Source: Convolutriloba macropyga (Eukaryota). From it: a stretch of 64,000 nucleotides of DNA. Of the stretch, positions 10,454-21,399 are shown piece by piece. The notes under the pieces are model-generated. The model saw only the letters and a program-made list of their open reading frames with translations, was not told where the DNA came from and searched no databases. How positions within the stretch are numbered: the first letter of the stretch is position 1; every line of letters starts with the position of its first letter. The stretch lies in the NCBI RefSeq assembly GCF_964194025.1, contig NC_134481.1, forward strand, positions 23,994,001 to 24,058,000. Direction: 5' to 3'. Made by a program: the position numbers and the translations under genes.

Positions 10454-13400
10454 AATCCATCCTCACCTCCCAGTGGTGTCCTCTGGGGTAAGCGTTGCGG
10501 GGCTCTGTCGCGCAAGCTGAGCTAACGAGGCAATGGTCCTCTAGTAGGTGGCGCGACTAGTTGTATTATAGCCAACAACCCTATAATAAGACTTCAACTA
10601 ATGAGAAAAGCCACGAGTCCCGAGTAAGGATTGCTAAGAATCTCACGTGGACAAAAATGAAGATTGGATTCCTAAATTTCAAGACGTTTGCTCATGCTGG
10701 TTGTTAGCAGACGCCTAAAATGGACTTAGCAAAGTACGAATTAGACATTTTAGGAATTCAAAAAACCATATTTGACGAACAGGCGATGGACCTTGGAACG
10801 CACAAACTCTTGTTTACCAACTCATTGCGTTGCTTCAATTGTTCAAAAAAAAGCAGTTGTGGACATTTTGGTTAAGAAGACACTGCTTGGCTGCATAATC
10901 GAAAACGTGACTGTGAATGAACGCTTGTGCTATATCAAATTTTCTGTGCAGTAAAAAACAAATTTCATCGTCATTGTATGTTATGCGCCGGCAAATGAAG
11001 CGGATATTTAAAATAAAGGAAGGGTTTTAAGGATTTTTGAACACTCTAACAAGTTTGACAAAATGTTTCAGAGAAAGGGAGCGCAAAAGTCTTATCGGAG
11101 ACTTCAATGCAGTGCCGAGAAGTAATAAACAGATTAAACATCTATGCATTGGCTCTTTTGGTTTTGGCGATGAGAACGATAACACAGAAAATTTATGAGT
11201 CTCTGTGATGCAAACAAACTAATGATTGGAGGAATATGGTTTCGCCGCCGTTTTGTGCATAGGTACACTTTCAACCCACAGCATAAAAAATGTAGGAAGA
11301 AACTGTTGGATCGTGTATTGCTCACAAGTCGTTAAGGCAGCTGTTTACAAGATGTCAGAACCAAAAAAGGAAATTCTACTTTGACTGATCATGAATTATT
11401 GAGAGCACTTTTAGATATTAAACTGCAGAACTCTAAACTTCGTATAACTGCAAAAATTAAACTGACAAAATTGCATGACGAAGTGGTTCAAACCGAGTTC
11501 AACAAATTAGTGAAAATAAAATTGCATGAGAATGAGGATGTTGACGACGTTGAACAATCGTGGCTCATTTTTCGCAGTGCTCTTAACGAAGCTGCCTCAA
11601 ATGTAATTGTGCAGGATATAAAAATCACAAGCCATAGATATCTAAAGAGACAATCGATCTCATTATAAAGAGAGGCGAGATGCAGTTAAAGAAAAACTCA
11701 AGCAAAGCGGAGGCTTTGTTTTAGACCAATTTGAATAGATAAACGAACTCAAGTGAAGCAGAGGCTTTGGTTGAGTAAACTGACACTAAACCTAACAAAC
11801 CGGAGACTTTGATAGAATTTGAAGACTGCTACAAACTTGTGCAAAATACTGTGCGGGCTGATAAAAGAAAATGGCTCACTGAAAAAGGTACTCTGATTCA
11901 AGAACTTGCTGATAAAGATAGCATCAAAAAACAAAACTTTTTGTTTTTTGATGCTCTTGATCACTACTTCGTACAAGGGCAACATCATCAGCAAAGTCAA
12001 GGTCCGCAACAATTTGGCCAATGTCTGTTCCACCACGCACGACTTCGAACAGGAAAAGAGACCATACATCACCTTGACGAACTCCAGCTCTAACCTCAAA
12101 TGTATCCCCTACCTCTCCTTCAGATTTGACTCGACATTTGAAGCCGTCATAGCTATTCCTGATAATGTTCACAATTTTTACAAGTAGTCCATATTGTTTC
12201 AGTATTTCGTACATGCTGTCTCTCACAATTGAATCAAAAGCCAATCTAAAGTCAATAAGGCAGAGACTAAGATCACTTGGTTCCACAACGCTTTTTCAAT
12301 AATCTATCTTAGCGCAAAAAGCTGGTCGGTACAACCTCTGCTCTTCTTGAATCCACACTGCTCTTCCCTCAATACCTTATCTAGATTTTCCTTGCATCTG
12401 TTTAGAGATACTGCGGCAAACACTTTCCCGGCACTGACAGTAGAGAGATGCCACAATAATTGCTACAGTCTGTTCGTTTTCCATTCTTCTTGTACATAGG
12501 ATTGAAGAAACTGCGCAGAAGGTTGGTTTCCTGAATAACTTTAGCATGACCAAGAACATGGGTGTATCGCTTCAACACACAATGGCCTTAACATCAGCAC
12601 AGCAAAATCAAGTCGAGATTATAAAAGGACGTTACAAAGGACAATCTGGATTCCTCGGGAAGATAGACAAAACCTTGAGTTTATCCATTGGCACGGAGGT
12701 GCTCGAGGGAACGAAGAAAAAAATTAGGCTGGTTTGAAACCTTGAAAGGAGACAAATTCTGACATGCAAGACTGGTCACAATGGACCACCGGAACTTACA
12801 AACGAATCAAACAATGCTCGAAGTGTAAGCGTTGTTTTGATACTGCGGTTGGACGAAAAGTACCCGAGTCAAGATATGGCAAGAAAGCTGATGAAAACAC
12901 AATGCCTCAGTTAGTGAAGCCCATTGGTGCGAAGTTCGAAAACCTTGAAAAGAACTTTAGATGAAATAGATGCCAACAAAAATTCAAGTCTGTAACGGTC
13001 GGTCGAAAAATACAAGAAGCGAGATATTGCGGTAAACTGAAAGCCAGAGTTCATAGATGTCTTTCTAGCAGTGTAAAGGACGCTTCGGGTACCGAAATTG
13101 AGAGCGTTCGTGGTTTAAATTGTCTAAGATCTTACGTCAGTTTACAGGACGGTGATGCAGAAGAAAATATCTGTAAATTGGCTGAAGGTAGACAACGCTT
13201 CAGTGATTTTTCGAACATATGGAAAAACAAACAATTAGCGACAACATTGAAGTGCAAGCTTTACAGAGCGTTCATCTTGTCAGCGGTGTTGTGCAGCTCG
13301 GAGACATGGACGATAAACCAAGCGTTAGTGAAAAAACTCGATAGCTTACATCTCAACTGCCTACGTTGTATACTTTGTTTGTCTCACATGCCAAAATAAC

Positions 13401-13827
13401 TAACCAGTCTGTGCTTAACAAAACACTGATGCCAACCATATCAAAAATTGTCTTAATCAGACGCTTTAAATGGTTTGGACACATCCAAAGAATAGAGAGC
13501 AACAGACTGCTAAGGAAAACTCTTGAAAGGCACCCCACTGAGCACTATCCAAATGCCGTGAAATCTGTTGGAGGACAGCGAAAGACATTGCTAGATCAAC
13601 TGCAAAACGACTGCAACAGAAACAAGATAGATTTTTCAGTGGTTCAAGTAAGAGCTATTAGCAATTCGAGATCAGTCTTCAACAAATTCGTCAACGAAAA
13701 ACTTCTCGTTTAATTGATAACTTGATTTCGATTTAATTTAATGATTACTACGTTTATATTCTTGCCTGAAATCCATGCTTGATTGTCTTGTGATAGTGCT
13801 TCTATTTCTTAATGGAATTCAAGTGTT
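10454..13827 (+). mobile_element. Old degraded RTE copy (subfamily C) with an internal deletion and an inverted RT block (about 11936-12493)
   Basis: Fragmented APE motifs on +; IDFRLAFDSI/GVRQGD/DFADD on the minus strand (ORF 11924-12286); + strand resumes with HRIEE...TKNMGV, the KOW/ZnF insert and the C-terminus. Confidence 0.9.
10461..10530 (+). ncRNA. HDV-like ribozyme core, copy C
   Basis: CCTC-ACC-TCCCAGT-GGT-GTCCTCT-GG, P4 AGC.TTGCG/CGCAA-GCT, then GCTAAC-GAGG. Confidence 0.83.
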
Positions 13828-13858
13828 GTATCAGTAGTAGTATTAGTAGTAGTATTAC
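13828..13858 (+). repeat. (TAG)n-like tail at the 3' end of RTE copy C
   Basis: gtatcagtagtagtattagtagtagtattac directly follows the conserved 3' end ggaattcaagtgtt. Confidence 0.8.
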
Positions 13859-13859
13859 T

Positions 13860-14398
13860 TGTATTATTTGTCAATGGTCTTTTTTAGCTCTGAAACGTGG
13901 ACCATGAACAAACAAACGCAGCGAGTAAATGAAAGTTTTCACTGCAGTTGTCTGCAAAGGATCCTATGTATATCAAACCTGGAGAGGATGACAAATGAAG
14001 GAGTACTAGCTAGATCACTTATGTCGACTTTTTCTGCAATGATCATAATGAAACGGTTTAAATGGTTTGGCCTTGTCTTGAGGATGAATTACAATCGTTT
14101 AGAGCTCCGAGTCTTCACCTGGGAGCCGACAGAAAAATACAGTTAAGAAAACGAACTCCAAGGGGTCAACGCAAGACATGGCTGGATCAACTTGAGGAGG
14201 GCTGCTCAAGACACGACATGAGCTACATCGCCTTACGACAGAAAGCCAAAAAAGAGACTAAATCCCGGTTCAACAGTTTTGTCGAAGAGCATTTCTTGGA
14301 TTAAAAAGCTCGAAAAAACTCAAACTTATATGCATTTTATTACCTTGTTTGTACTTATTATCGTTGTTCCTTTATTTCTTTATGGAATTTAAGTGTTT
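13860..14398 (+). mobile_element. 5'-truncated RTE 3' fragment (subfamily B)
   Basis: SSETWTMNKQTQR...PRGQRKTWLDQLEE...EHFLD is highly similar to 9670-10198, including the 3' UTR. Confidence 0.9.
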
Positions 14399-14404
14399 AA
14401 AAAA

Positions 14405-15230
14405 CGTGTGTTCCCCAAGGATAGGTTCTAGGTCCCGTTCGTTTTTCATGCTACCTTGTTCCTCTTGAATTTCTGTTTGAACGTATTGATGTCAATTAGC
14501 ATTTTTATCTCAATGACACTGTTATCTATTTTGTTAACCACGCTTCGATAAATCAGGGGGCTTTTGGTTTGATGCTCTGCAAAATTTTTAGGGGCGCTAG
14601 GCACCGAGTAGACTAATCAAATTGAGTATTAGTAGAAAGAAATGTTTTAGTTGCGATTTTGAACTTCCAGCTGACTCAAACTTTTCGAAGAATGTTACTT
14701 TGCTGGGCTTCAACTAGGTTGCAGACTTTGCTAGTTATATGTGTCGTAGGTGTTTTTATTCCCTGCGAAGAATTTACTCCATCATAGATACAGTCGACAG
14801 AAAGTTGTTGATCAAGTTAGTTCCGGTAATGATTCTTTTGCGACTAAATTAATGCCAATCGCTGTACTTTGGACTACCTGGATAATATACAGAAATTACA
14901 GCGCATATTGAAATCAAAATGTCTCATTTTTAGAGTATCCCCTGGTTCACCAACAGCGAATTATATCAAAAAGTTCATTGGCTACACATGAAACAACGTG
15001 TCTTTTACGAAGATTTACTGTTTTGGTTCACCATCCCTGGAGGGTTCGCGTGTATCTTGGCGCATTAGATTTCCGAAATGATAAGGTGACTAGATGCCAA
15101 TATGCATGCAATTTAAAGGTTCCTAACGTCAGAACTGCTATCGGGCGATGATCATTCAGTTTTGCTGTTCCTTAAGAATGGAATTTGTCGCCTTTTAAAA
15201 CTAAATTTATACCTTATGAGTTTGATAATC
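14405..15230 (+). pseudogene. Highly degenerate L2/CR1-group LINE remnant
   Basis: VPQG*VLGP motif at about 14410 and the L2-like C-terminal PNVRTAIGR*SFSFAVP*EWN at about 15122-15185. Confidence 0.6.
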
Positions 15231-15291
15231 AAAAGGTTTATGTCCAATGAGCGGGAGAGGGGTGCATAAATTATCAGTTTTATGGTTTCTC

Positions 15292-17484
15292 TGTTGGTCT
15301 CAAGTTGATATGAAGTCCTAGTCTCCTAATACTCGAAAACGACTCAAAGGAGTTGCTAAAAATTTTTATTTTTTGAAAAGAAGCATACCGTTATAAGTTT
15401 CTAGTCTCCGCAAGAAAATGTTGCACCAAACGATGATTTTATCTGTCTTACTTTACTGCTCCCAAGCTTAGTGTGTTACAACTGGTATTTTGAAAGTGTT
15501 AGAAAAGTTTCAGCGCAAAGTGTTGCGCTGGGTTATTAGGTCTGAGGATTACAACGAGACACCTTCAAAACTAAATTTGTATCAATTTTGCGAGCTGACC
15601 TTATTCTACTGTGGAAAACTTGGCATGGAACAATGGAGAGTGACATCAAGCTACATGTCAATAGAACAACACTCAGTTCCCGAGGATCGGTCAAAACATT
15701 TTTGAACAACCGTTGATCAAAGAGGTCAAAGCTGACAACTGTTTTGTTAGTCGAACTACCCACGCCGCCAATTACTTAATTTCTATCAACGTCATTGACT
15801 TTAGATCATCTTTTAAAAATTTTTGTAAGAATTTAGATAATTTTCTTATAGCCAAAACACTTTCTTTTAACTACTATCGGCCATATACATATTTTCTTAA
15901 ATGTCGCTGTGTGGCCATGTACATATTTTCTTAAATGTCGCAGATCTCAATTTGCTAATTTGCTTTGTTAATTTGTACTGTCATGTCTTTCTTTTACTAT
16001 GTAGTTTTCCTCTTATTGGAATTTAAGTCTTTTACTACTGGTACTACTACTACTAAAAAGCGCTAAAAAAGGCGCTAAAAAGTGCGCTACAAAAAGTTTT
16101 TCTAACTCTACAATGCGTAAATAATTGAAAACCCCTATTAAAATTTGGGTACTCTTATATAGCACTTTGCAATGTGCGACTTGGGGCGTCAGACTTTTAC
16201 GCCCATGATGAGTAATGTATAAAAGTAAACATGTGAGTAATATATATCATACGGAAAAAGAGAATTCTCTAAACTTTGTGGAAATATGTTAACAAGTTTT
16301 TTTAACCCTCACATCTGCACATGGCGCGTTTGTTGCGACTACCAGAGGTGCAGAAATGTGTGGACATTTTAAACAGACCCGAGGGAGCTTGTTGGTCTCA
16401 AGTTGATATGAAGTCCTTGTTTCCTAATACACAGAAACGACTCAAAAAGAGTTGCTAAAAATTTTCATTTTTTGAAAAGAAGCATACCGTTATAAGTTTC
16501 TAGTCTCCGCGAGAAAATGTTGTACCAAACGGTGATTTTATCTGTCTTACTTTACTGCTCCCAAGCATAGTGTGTTACAACTGGTATTTTGAAAGTGTTA
16601 GAAAAGTTTCAGCGCAAAGTGTTGCGCTGGGTTATTAGGTCTGAGGATTACAACGAGACACTTTCAAAACTAAATTTGTATCAATTTTGCGAGCTGACCT
16701 TATTCTACTATGGAAAACTTGGCATGGAACAATGGAGAGTGACATCAAGCTACATGTCAATAGAACAACACTCAGTTCCCGAGGACCGGTCAAAACATTT
16801 TTGAACAACCGTTGAACAAAAAGGTCAAAGCTGACAACTGTTTTAGTCGAACTACCCACGCAGCCAATTAACTAATTTCTATCAACGTCATTGACTTTAG
16901 GTCATCTTTTAATAATTTTTGTAAGAATTTAGATAATTTTCTGATAGCCAAAACACTTTCTTTTAACTACTATCGGCCATGTACATATTTTCTTAAATGT
17001 GGCTGTGTGGCCATGTACATATTTTCTTAAATGTCGCAGATCTTAATTTGCTACTTTGCTTTGTGAATTTGTACTGTCATGTCTTTCTTTTACTATGTAG
17101 TAATCCTCTTATTGGAATTTAAGTCTTTTACTCTTGGTACTACTACTACTAAAAAGCGCTAAAAAATAGTCGCTATAAAGTGGGCTACAAAAAGTTTTTC
17201 TTACTCTACAATGCTTAAAAAATTGAAAACCCCTATTAAATTTTGCGTCTATTATATAGCACTTTGCAAGTGCGACTTGGGGCGTCAGACTTTTACGCCC
17301 ATGATGAGTATTGTATATAAGTAAACATGTGAGTAATGTATATCAGTACGGAAAAAGAGAATTCTCTAAACTTTGTGGAAATATGTTAACAAAAATTTTT
17401 TAACCGTAACATCTGCACATGGCGAGTTTGCTGCGACTGCCAGAGGTGCAGAAATGTGTGGACATTTTAAGCAGACCCGAGGGA
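15292..17484 (+). repeat. About 1.1-kb tandem duplication (15292-16386 / 16390-17484). Each unit is a CR1-group LINE 3' fragment with a (TAC)n tail plus about 330 bp of RPS17-upstream DNA
   Basis: Units align nearly base for base. Each encodes LLYCSQA*...LEKFQRKVLRWV and ends ggaatttaagtcttttact...tactactact. Confidence 0.92.
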
Positions 17485-17595
17485 ACTAGTCCCCTCAACA
17501 TTCAGCTGAAAATTTAATACAACAACAATAAGTGGTTTATTGGCAATTCTAAAAAAAGCTTTTCAGATTTGATCGTTGTCTAAGGATCTGCAGAC

Positions 17596-17750
17596 ATGGG
17601 ACACGTGCGAACTAAAACAGTGAAGAGGGCAGCCAGAGTTCTCATCAACAAATATTACAGCAAACTTTCGGCTGATTTCCACTACAACAAGATGGTCTGC
17701 GGAACTGTTGCCGTCATCCCGAGTAAAAAACTGCGTAACCAAATTGCAGG
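17596..17750 (+). CDS. RPS17: 40S ribosomal protein S17 (eS17), coding exon 1
   Basis: [52 protein letters not shown], followed by a GTGAGT donor (phase 2). Confidence 0.96.
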
Positions 17751-18639
17751 GTGAGTTTTATTACGAGTAATTAAAGTAATGTTTTATAAGCTTAAGAAAT
17801 CTACTACTACTATCATATTTGAGAGTTATGAAGTGAAAATTTTGCCCCTCTTTATTGCCCTTATATGAGAGCGAAAGCCCTGAATGTGAGAGCGGAGGGG
17901 AAAATACTTTTCAAAAGAACTTGAAGAGTCTTTGCAATGTTAGCATAAAAATATCCCAATAGACAGAAAATTAGGATCATTGGGTTATTTTTAGGAACGA
18001 ACAGCTCAATGGGCAACATCAATCAATAACCAGAAGATCATTAATAGAACAATGTATTAATTAATGTAATTTTAACAATGTAGTTTTTATTTCAATAAAT
18101 AATTATAATTATTCCGGCGCCATGCAAACTTTGACCTCTCGATTAAATCATTAATTTACATGTTTGGAAAAATGTTGTTGATTTGTTTGTTTCTCTTGTG
18201 GGTCATTATTGCGTCATCTTCTATTTAATTATTTTTCATATTTGTCTGCTTTAAGCGTTTTGATCAGCGTTGACGTTAATCGTTGACAGTTTACAAACAA
18301 TAGGAGCTATTTAATTTGAATCATTAAGACGTTATTTTCGAGGTTAAAATTGTCCATTTGTGAGATTTGAAACAAACAGAAATTGTTGGAGGTTTTTTTA
18401 CTTCTAGTAGTAAACTGCCGCCTAATTATTTGCATAAATTTGTGAAACATAACTGGCTAACTTCGGGCCAGTTGCTCTCAAACGACCTACGAAGGGCTGT
18501 CTTTAGTAGCAGCTAGCTTAAGCTTAAGAAATCTAGCCTCATTTTGACGGTGCGTGTGGCATCAAAAGTCAATTGCTTTTTTGTTTGTCTTTTATATCCT
18601 CATGAACATTTTAAACGATGTCTTTGGAAGCCAATTGTC

Positions 18640-19500
18640 ATACGGACAGATCAGTTGCTATCGTTTAGGTCTCAATTGCAAAAATAGTGAATTGTGGTTT
18701 TACACTATGGTACCAAAAAGCTACGTACACCTGAAGATTCTAAAAGCATTACAAAGAGCAAATAATAGATTCTGTGTTCAAGTTTATTCTTTAATAACGC
18801 CTCATTACACCTTTTTCGTTATCGCTGCTTCAGAATCGCTGCTTAAATTTTCATCAAGATTCAGATCTAGACTCGATGCTGGCCATTCCAGCACCTCCCA
18901 CTCCATTTCTTGGGAAAAATGCTGATAATCATTGATTTATGCTTCGGAGCATTATCTTGAAAAACATGATCCTGAAAATGCATGTTGTTCTTCGTAATTA
19001 TTCGAAATTGCCAAATAACCGACAGCGTCCAGATTGTTTGGACTCCTAACACGTAATTTTCATGCATCTGATTGTATTTCACCCCAAAGCAAGTGATCGC
19101 TTGTCCGAACTTTTTTTCAAATTTCGCTCCATTTCTTTGAAAATCGCTAACAATTCCGTCACTGGAGATGCGCACTCTCGTGTCATTATTAAAAAAGATT
19201 CTGCCAGAAATGCATAATTAGCATAATGATTCTTTAGCATAATGATACACCATTTTGAACGAAAACTTCTGCTTTTCGCCTCGGAAGTGACCTTTTGTGC
19301 AGCAATTCCTAAAAAAAAACAATAATTTTTTGAGAATTCGTCTCTCTACCTCTGGAAATTGTATCGCAGCAAGAGAAATTGCTATGAGTCACTATATTGC
19401 GCTCCATTGAGGTTCCCGGAGCTCATAAAACATCCTCATCCAATTTTTCGATAACAGTTTATTTGGAATTTTTGACGTTTCATCTTTAATATTGTAATAA
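18640..19500 (-). mobile_element. Tc1/mariner transposase fossil in the RPS17 intron
   Basis: Minus strand reads FQDNAPKH (about 18939-18962) and EVLEWPASSLDLNLDE (about 18850-18897), degenerate forms of the Tc1 QDNA..H and WP..SPDLNPIE motifs. Confidence 0.75.
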
Positions 19501-20237
19501 TCTCCAATAATTGTTTGATATTATTTTAGAAGCAAAGTGATCGCAGAAGTTGTCAGCAGGCTCTGTTGTGTAAATCCTGATGTTAATCTTTATGGTTTTA
19601 AAAATGAGCAAACAAGAAATTATTTCTGTTTTTTTACTTAATTATTGACCTTAACAAAAATCCGTTAATTTGTAATTTTTGTGACTTTCCTATTTTAAGA
19701 TATTCCTTTGATTACCTTCTGAAAAGTGGAATTCTTTTTCAATCGGGAAAACATGGGGCTTCCAGTAAATTTCTCCAAGAAACATGTCTTAAGGCTTCCA
19801 AGAGTTTTTTCCAAAAGTTTGCTCAGTTGAGTGCTCATTTTTAACCATTTTGTTAGCTTGATTTAACGAAACTGTAAAAAATGACCACAAAACTGATTAA
19901 GATTGAGATCATTGTGATATCAAACGTGAAATCTTGAAAAAATGTCGGACGCATAAAAACGTATGAAATGCAAGTATTCTTGCTTGATCAGCTTTACAAA
20001 TTAGTGATCAAGCCTAACTTTATTGTTGATTTTTATTTAGAGCGAAATTAAGGTGCAACCATCTTTTCCGTTTAAGCGAAAAAAATGAGAAATTTCTCTT
20101 AAAACCTTTAAATTTCACATTTTTTTCACATCTTAACGCAAATCAAACTCATGAGACACGAATCATGCTGTAAAAGCAGAAATCATGCTGTACGTAGCTG
20201 TTTCGTACCATAGTGTATATCTAATATTGTGCTTTAG

Positions 20238-20454
20238 ATACGTCACTCACCTGATGCGACGAATTGAGAAAGGAAGTGACGTCAGAGGAATCTCTTTGAA
20301 ACTGCAAGAGGAAGAGAGGGAGAGGAGATACGATATCGTGCCTGTTCAGTCTGCCCTTGACCAGGAGACCATCGAAGTTGACAAGGACACCCACGAGATG
20401 TTGAAGCAACTCGGATTCGGAACCATCCAAAATCTGCAGGTTGTCGAGCAGTAA
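20238..20454 (+). CDS. RPS17: 40S ribosomal protein S17, coding exon 2 (123 aa total)
   Basis: tttag acceptor, then (G)[30 protein letters not shown]...*. Phase is compatible with exon 1. Confidence 0.96.
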
Positions 20455-21399
20455 ATACCACCCAGCCAGAGAATTATACTCCAATTAAAGGAAGATTGCA
20501 AATTTTGAGACGATGCGAAACATATGAACTAAACGCCTGATTTGTTGCAATTTTTGGATGGAAAAATGTTGTATGATTCTGCAGAACTCATAATTTGTAG
20601 TTTGTGACGATGGAAAGTTGAGGATAATTTAAGTCTTCACCCATTGATAGATTTTATGAAAAACAACAGAAAGCAAGGATTGTTGATCAATATCTCATTC
20701 CTTTACCGTGAAAAAGTAATGTTAATAAAAATCGTTTCATATTTAGCAATCTTGGGAGTAAATATGTAATCTGAGTAGTTATGAAGAACTGCTACTATTC
20801 AGACCCTGTGATGTAAAGTTATTAATTTTTCGAATTTTTGGTGGCAAACAACTGAGTTTGCATGGTTTAGGTCGTGTTAGGTTATTCATTAATAGCCGCC
20901 CCCATCTTCTCAGCGGGCTATTATAGCGCTCCTAATTTTTTTACAATTCAAAGAATTTGAATTGTATTGGTGCGCTGTTTTTTTTTGGGATGTGTTCACA
21001 CATTTTTCAATGACTTTGATCTTTCAAAACGGGATAAACAGGTAAATCCCAGCGAGCATTAAGTTTCATTAGAGGTCCAAAGTGGGTTTTAGTAGTCTTT
21101 CAAGTGCTTATAGTGGTGCAGCTGCTGGGATGGCCTTAATATAAGGTTAAAAGGTTATTTTTAGGAATTTTTGGGCTCAAAATGGTGCAATTTTTCATGT
21201 TTTTTGTGATTTTTTGTGATTTGGTTAGTCTTAGGTTGAAGTTTTTAAAAGTTGATAAAGGCCTTTTGTGAGACAAAATTGCTTCTTATGGCCATTTTTT
21301 GAGCTATATGTTTTGGTGCTACAAACACAAACACGCAAAATGAAAATAATTTTTGCAATTTTTTTCAGGTTTTTTGAAAATGTTAGTCATTTTTTGAGT

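Noticed and set aside
4194-14398. Telomeric retrotransposon array (HeT-A/TART-like)
   Set aside because: The array is flanked on both sides by ordinary interstitial sequence and no telomeric repeats are visible.
16204-16290. Box C/D snoRNA (ATGATGA)
   Set aside because: No box D CTGA or terminal stem at a suitable distance.
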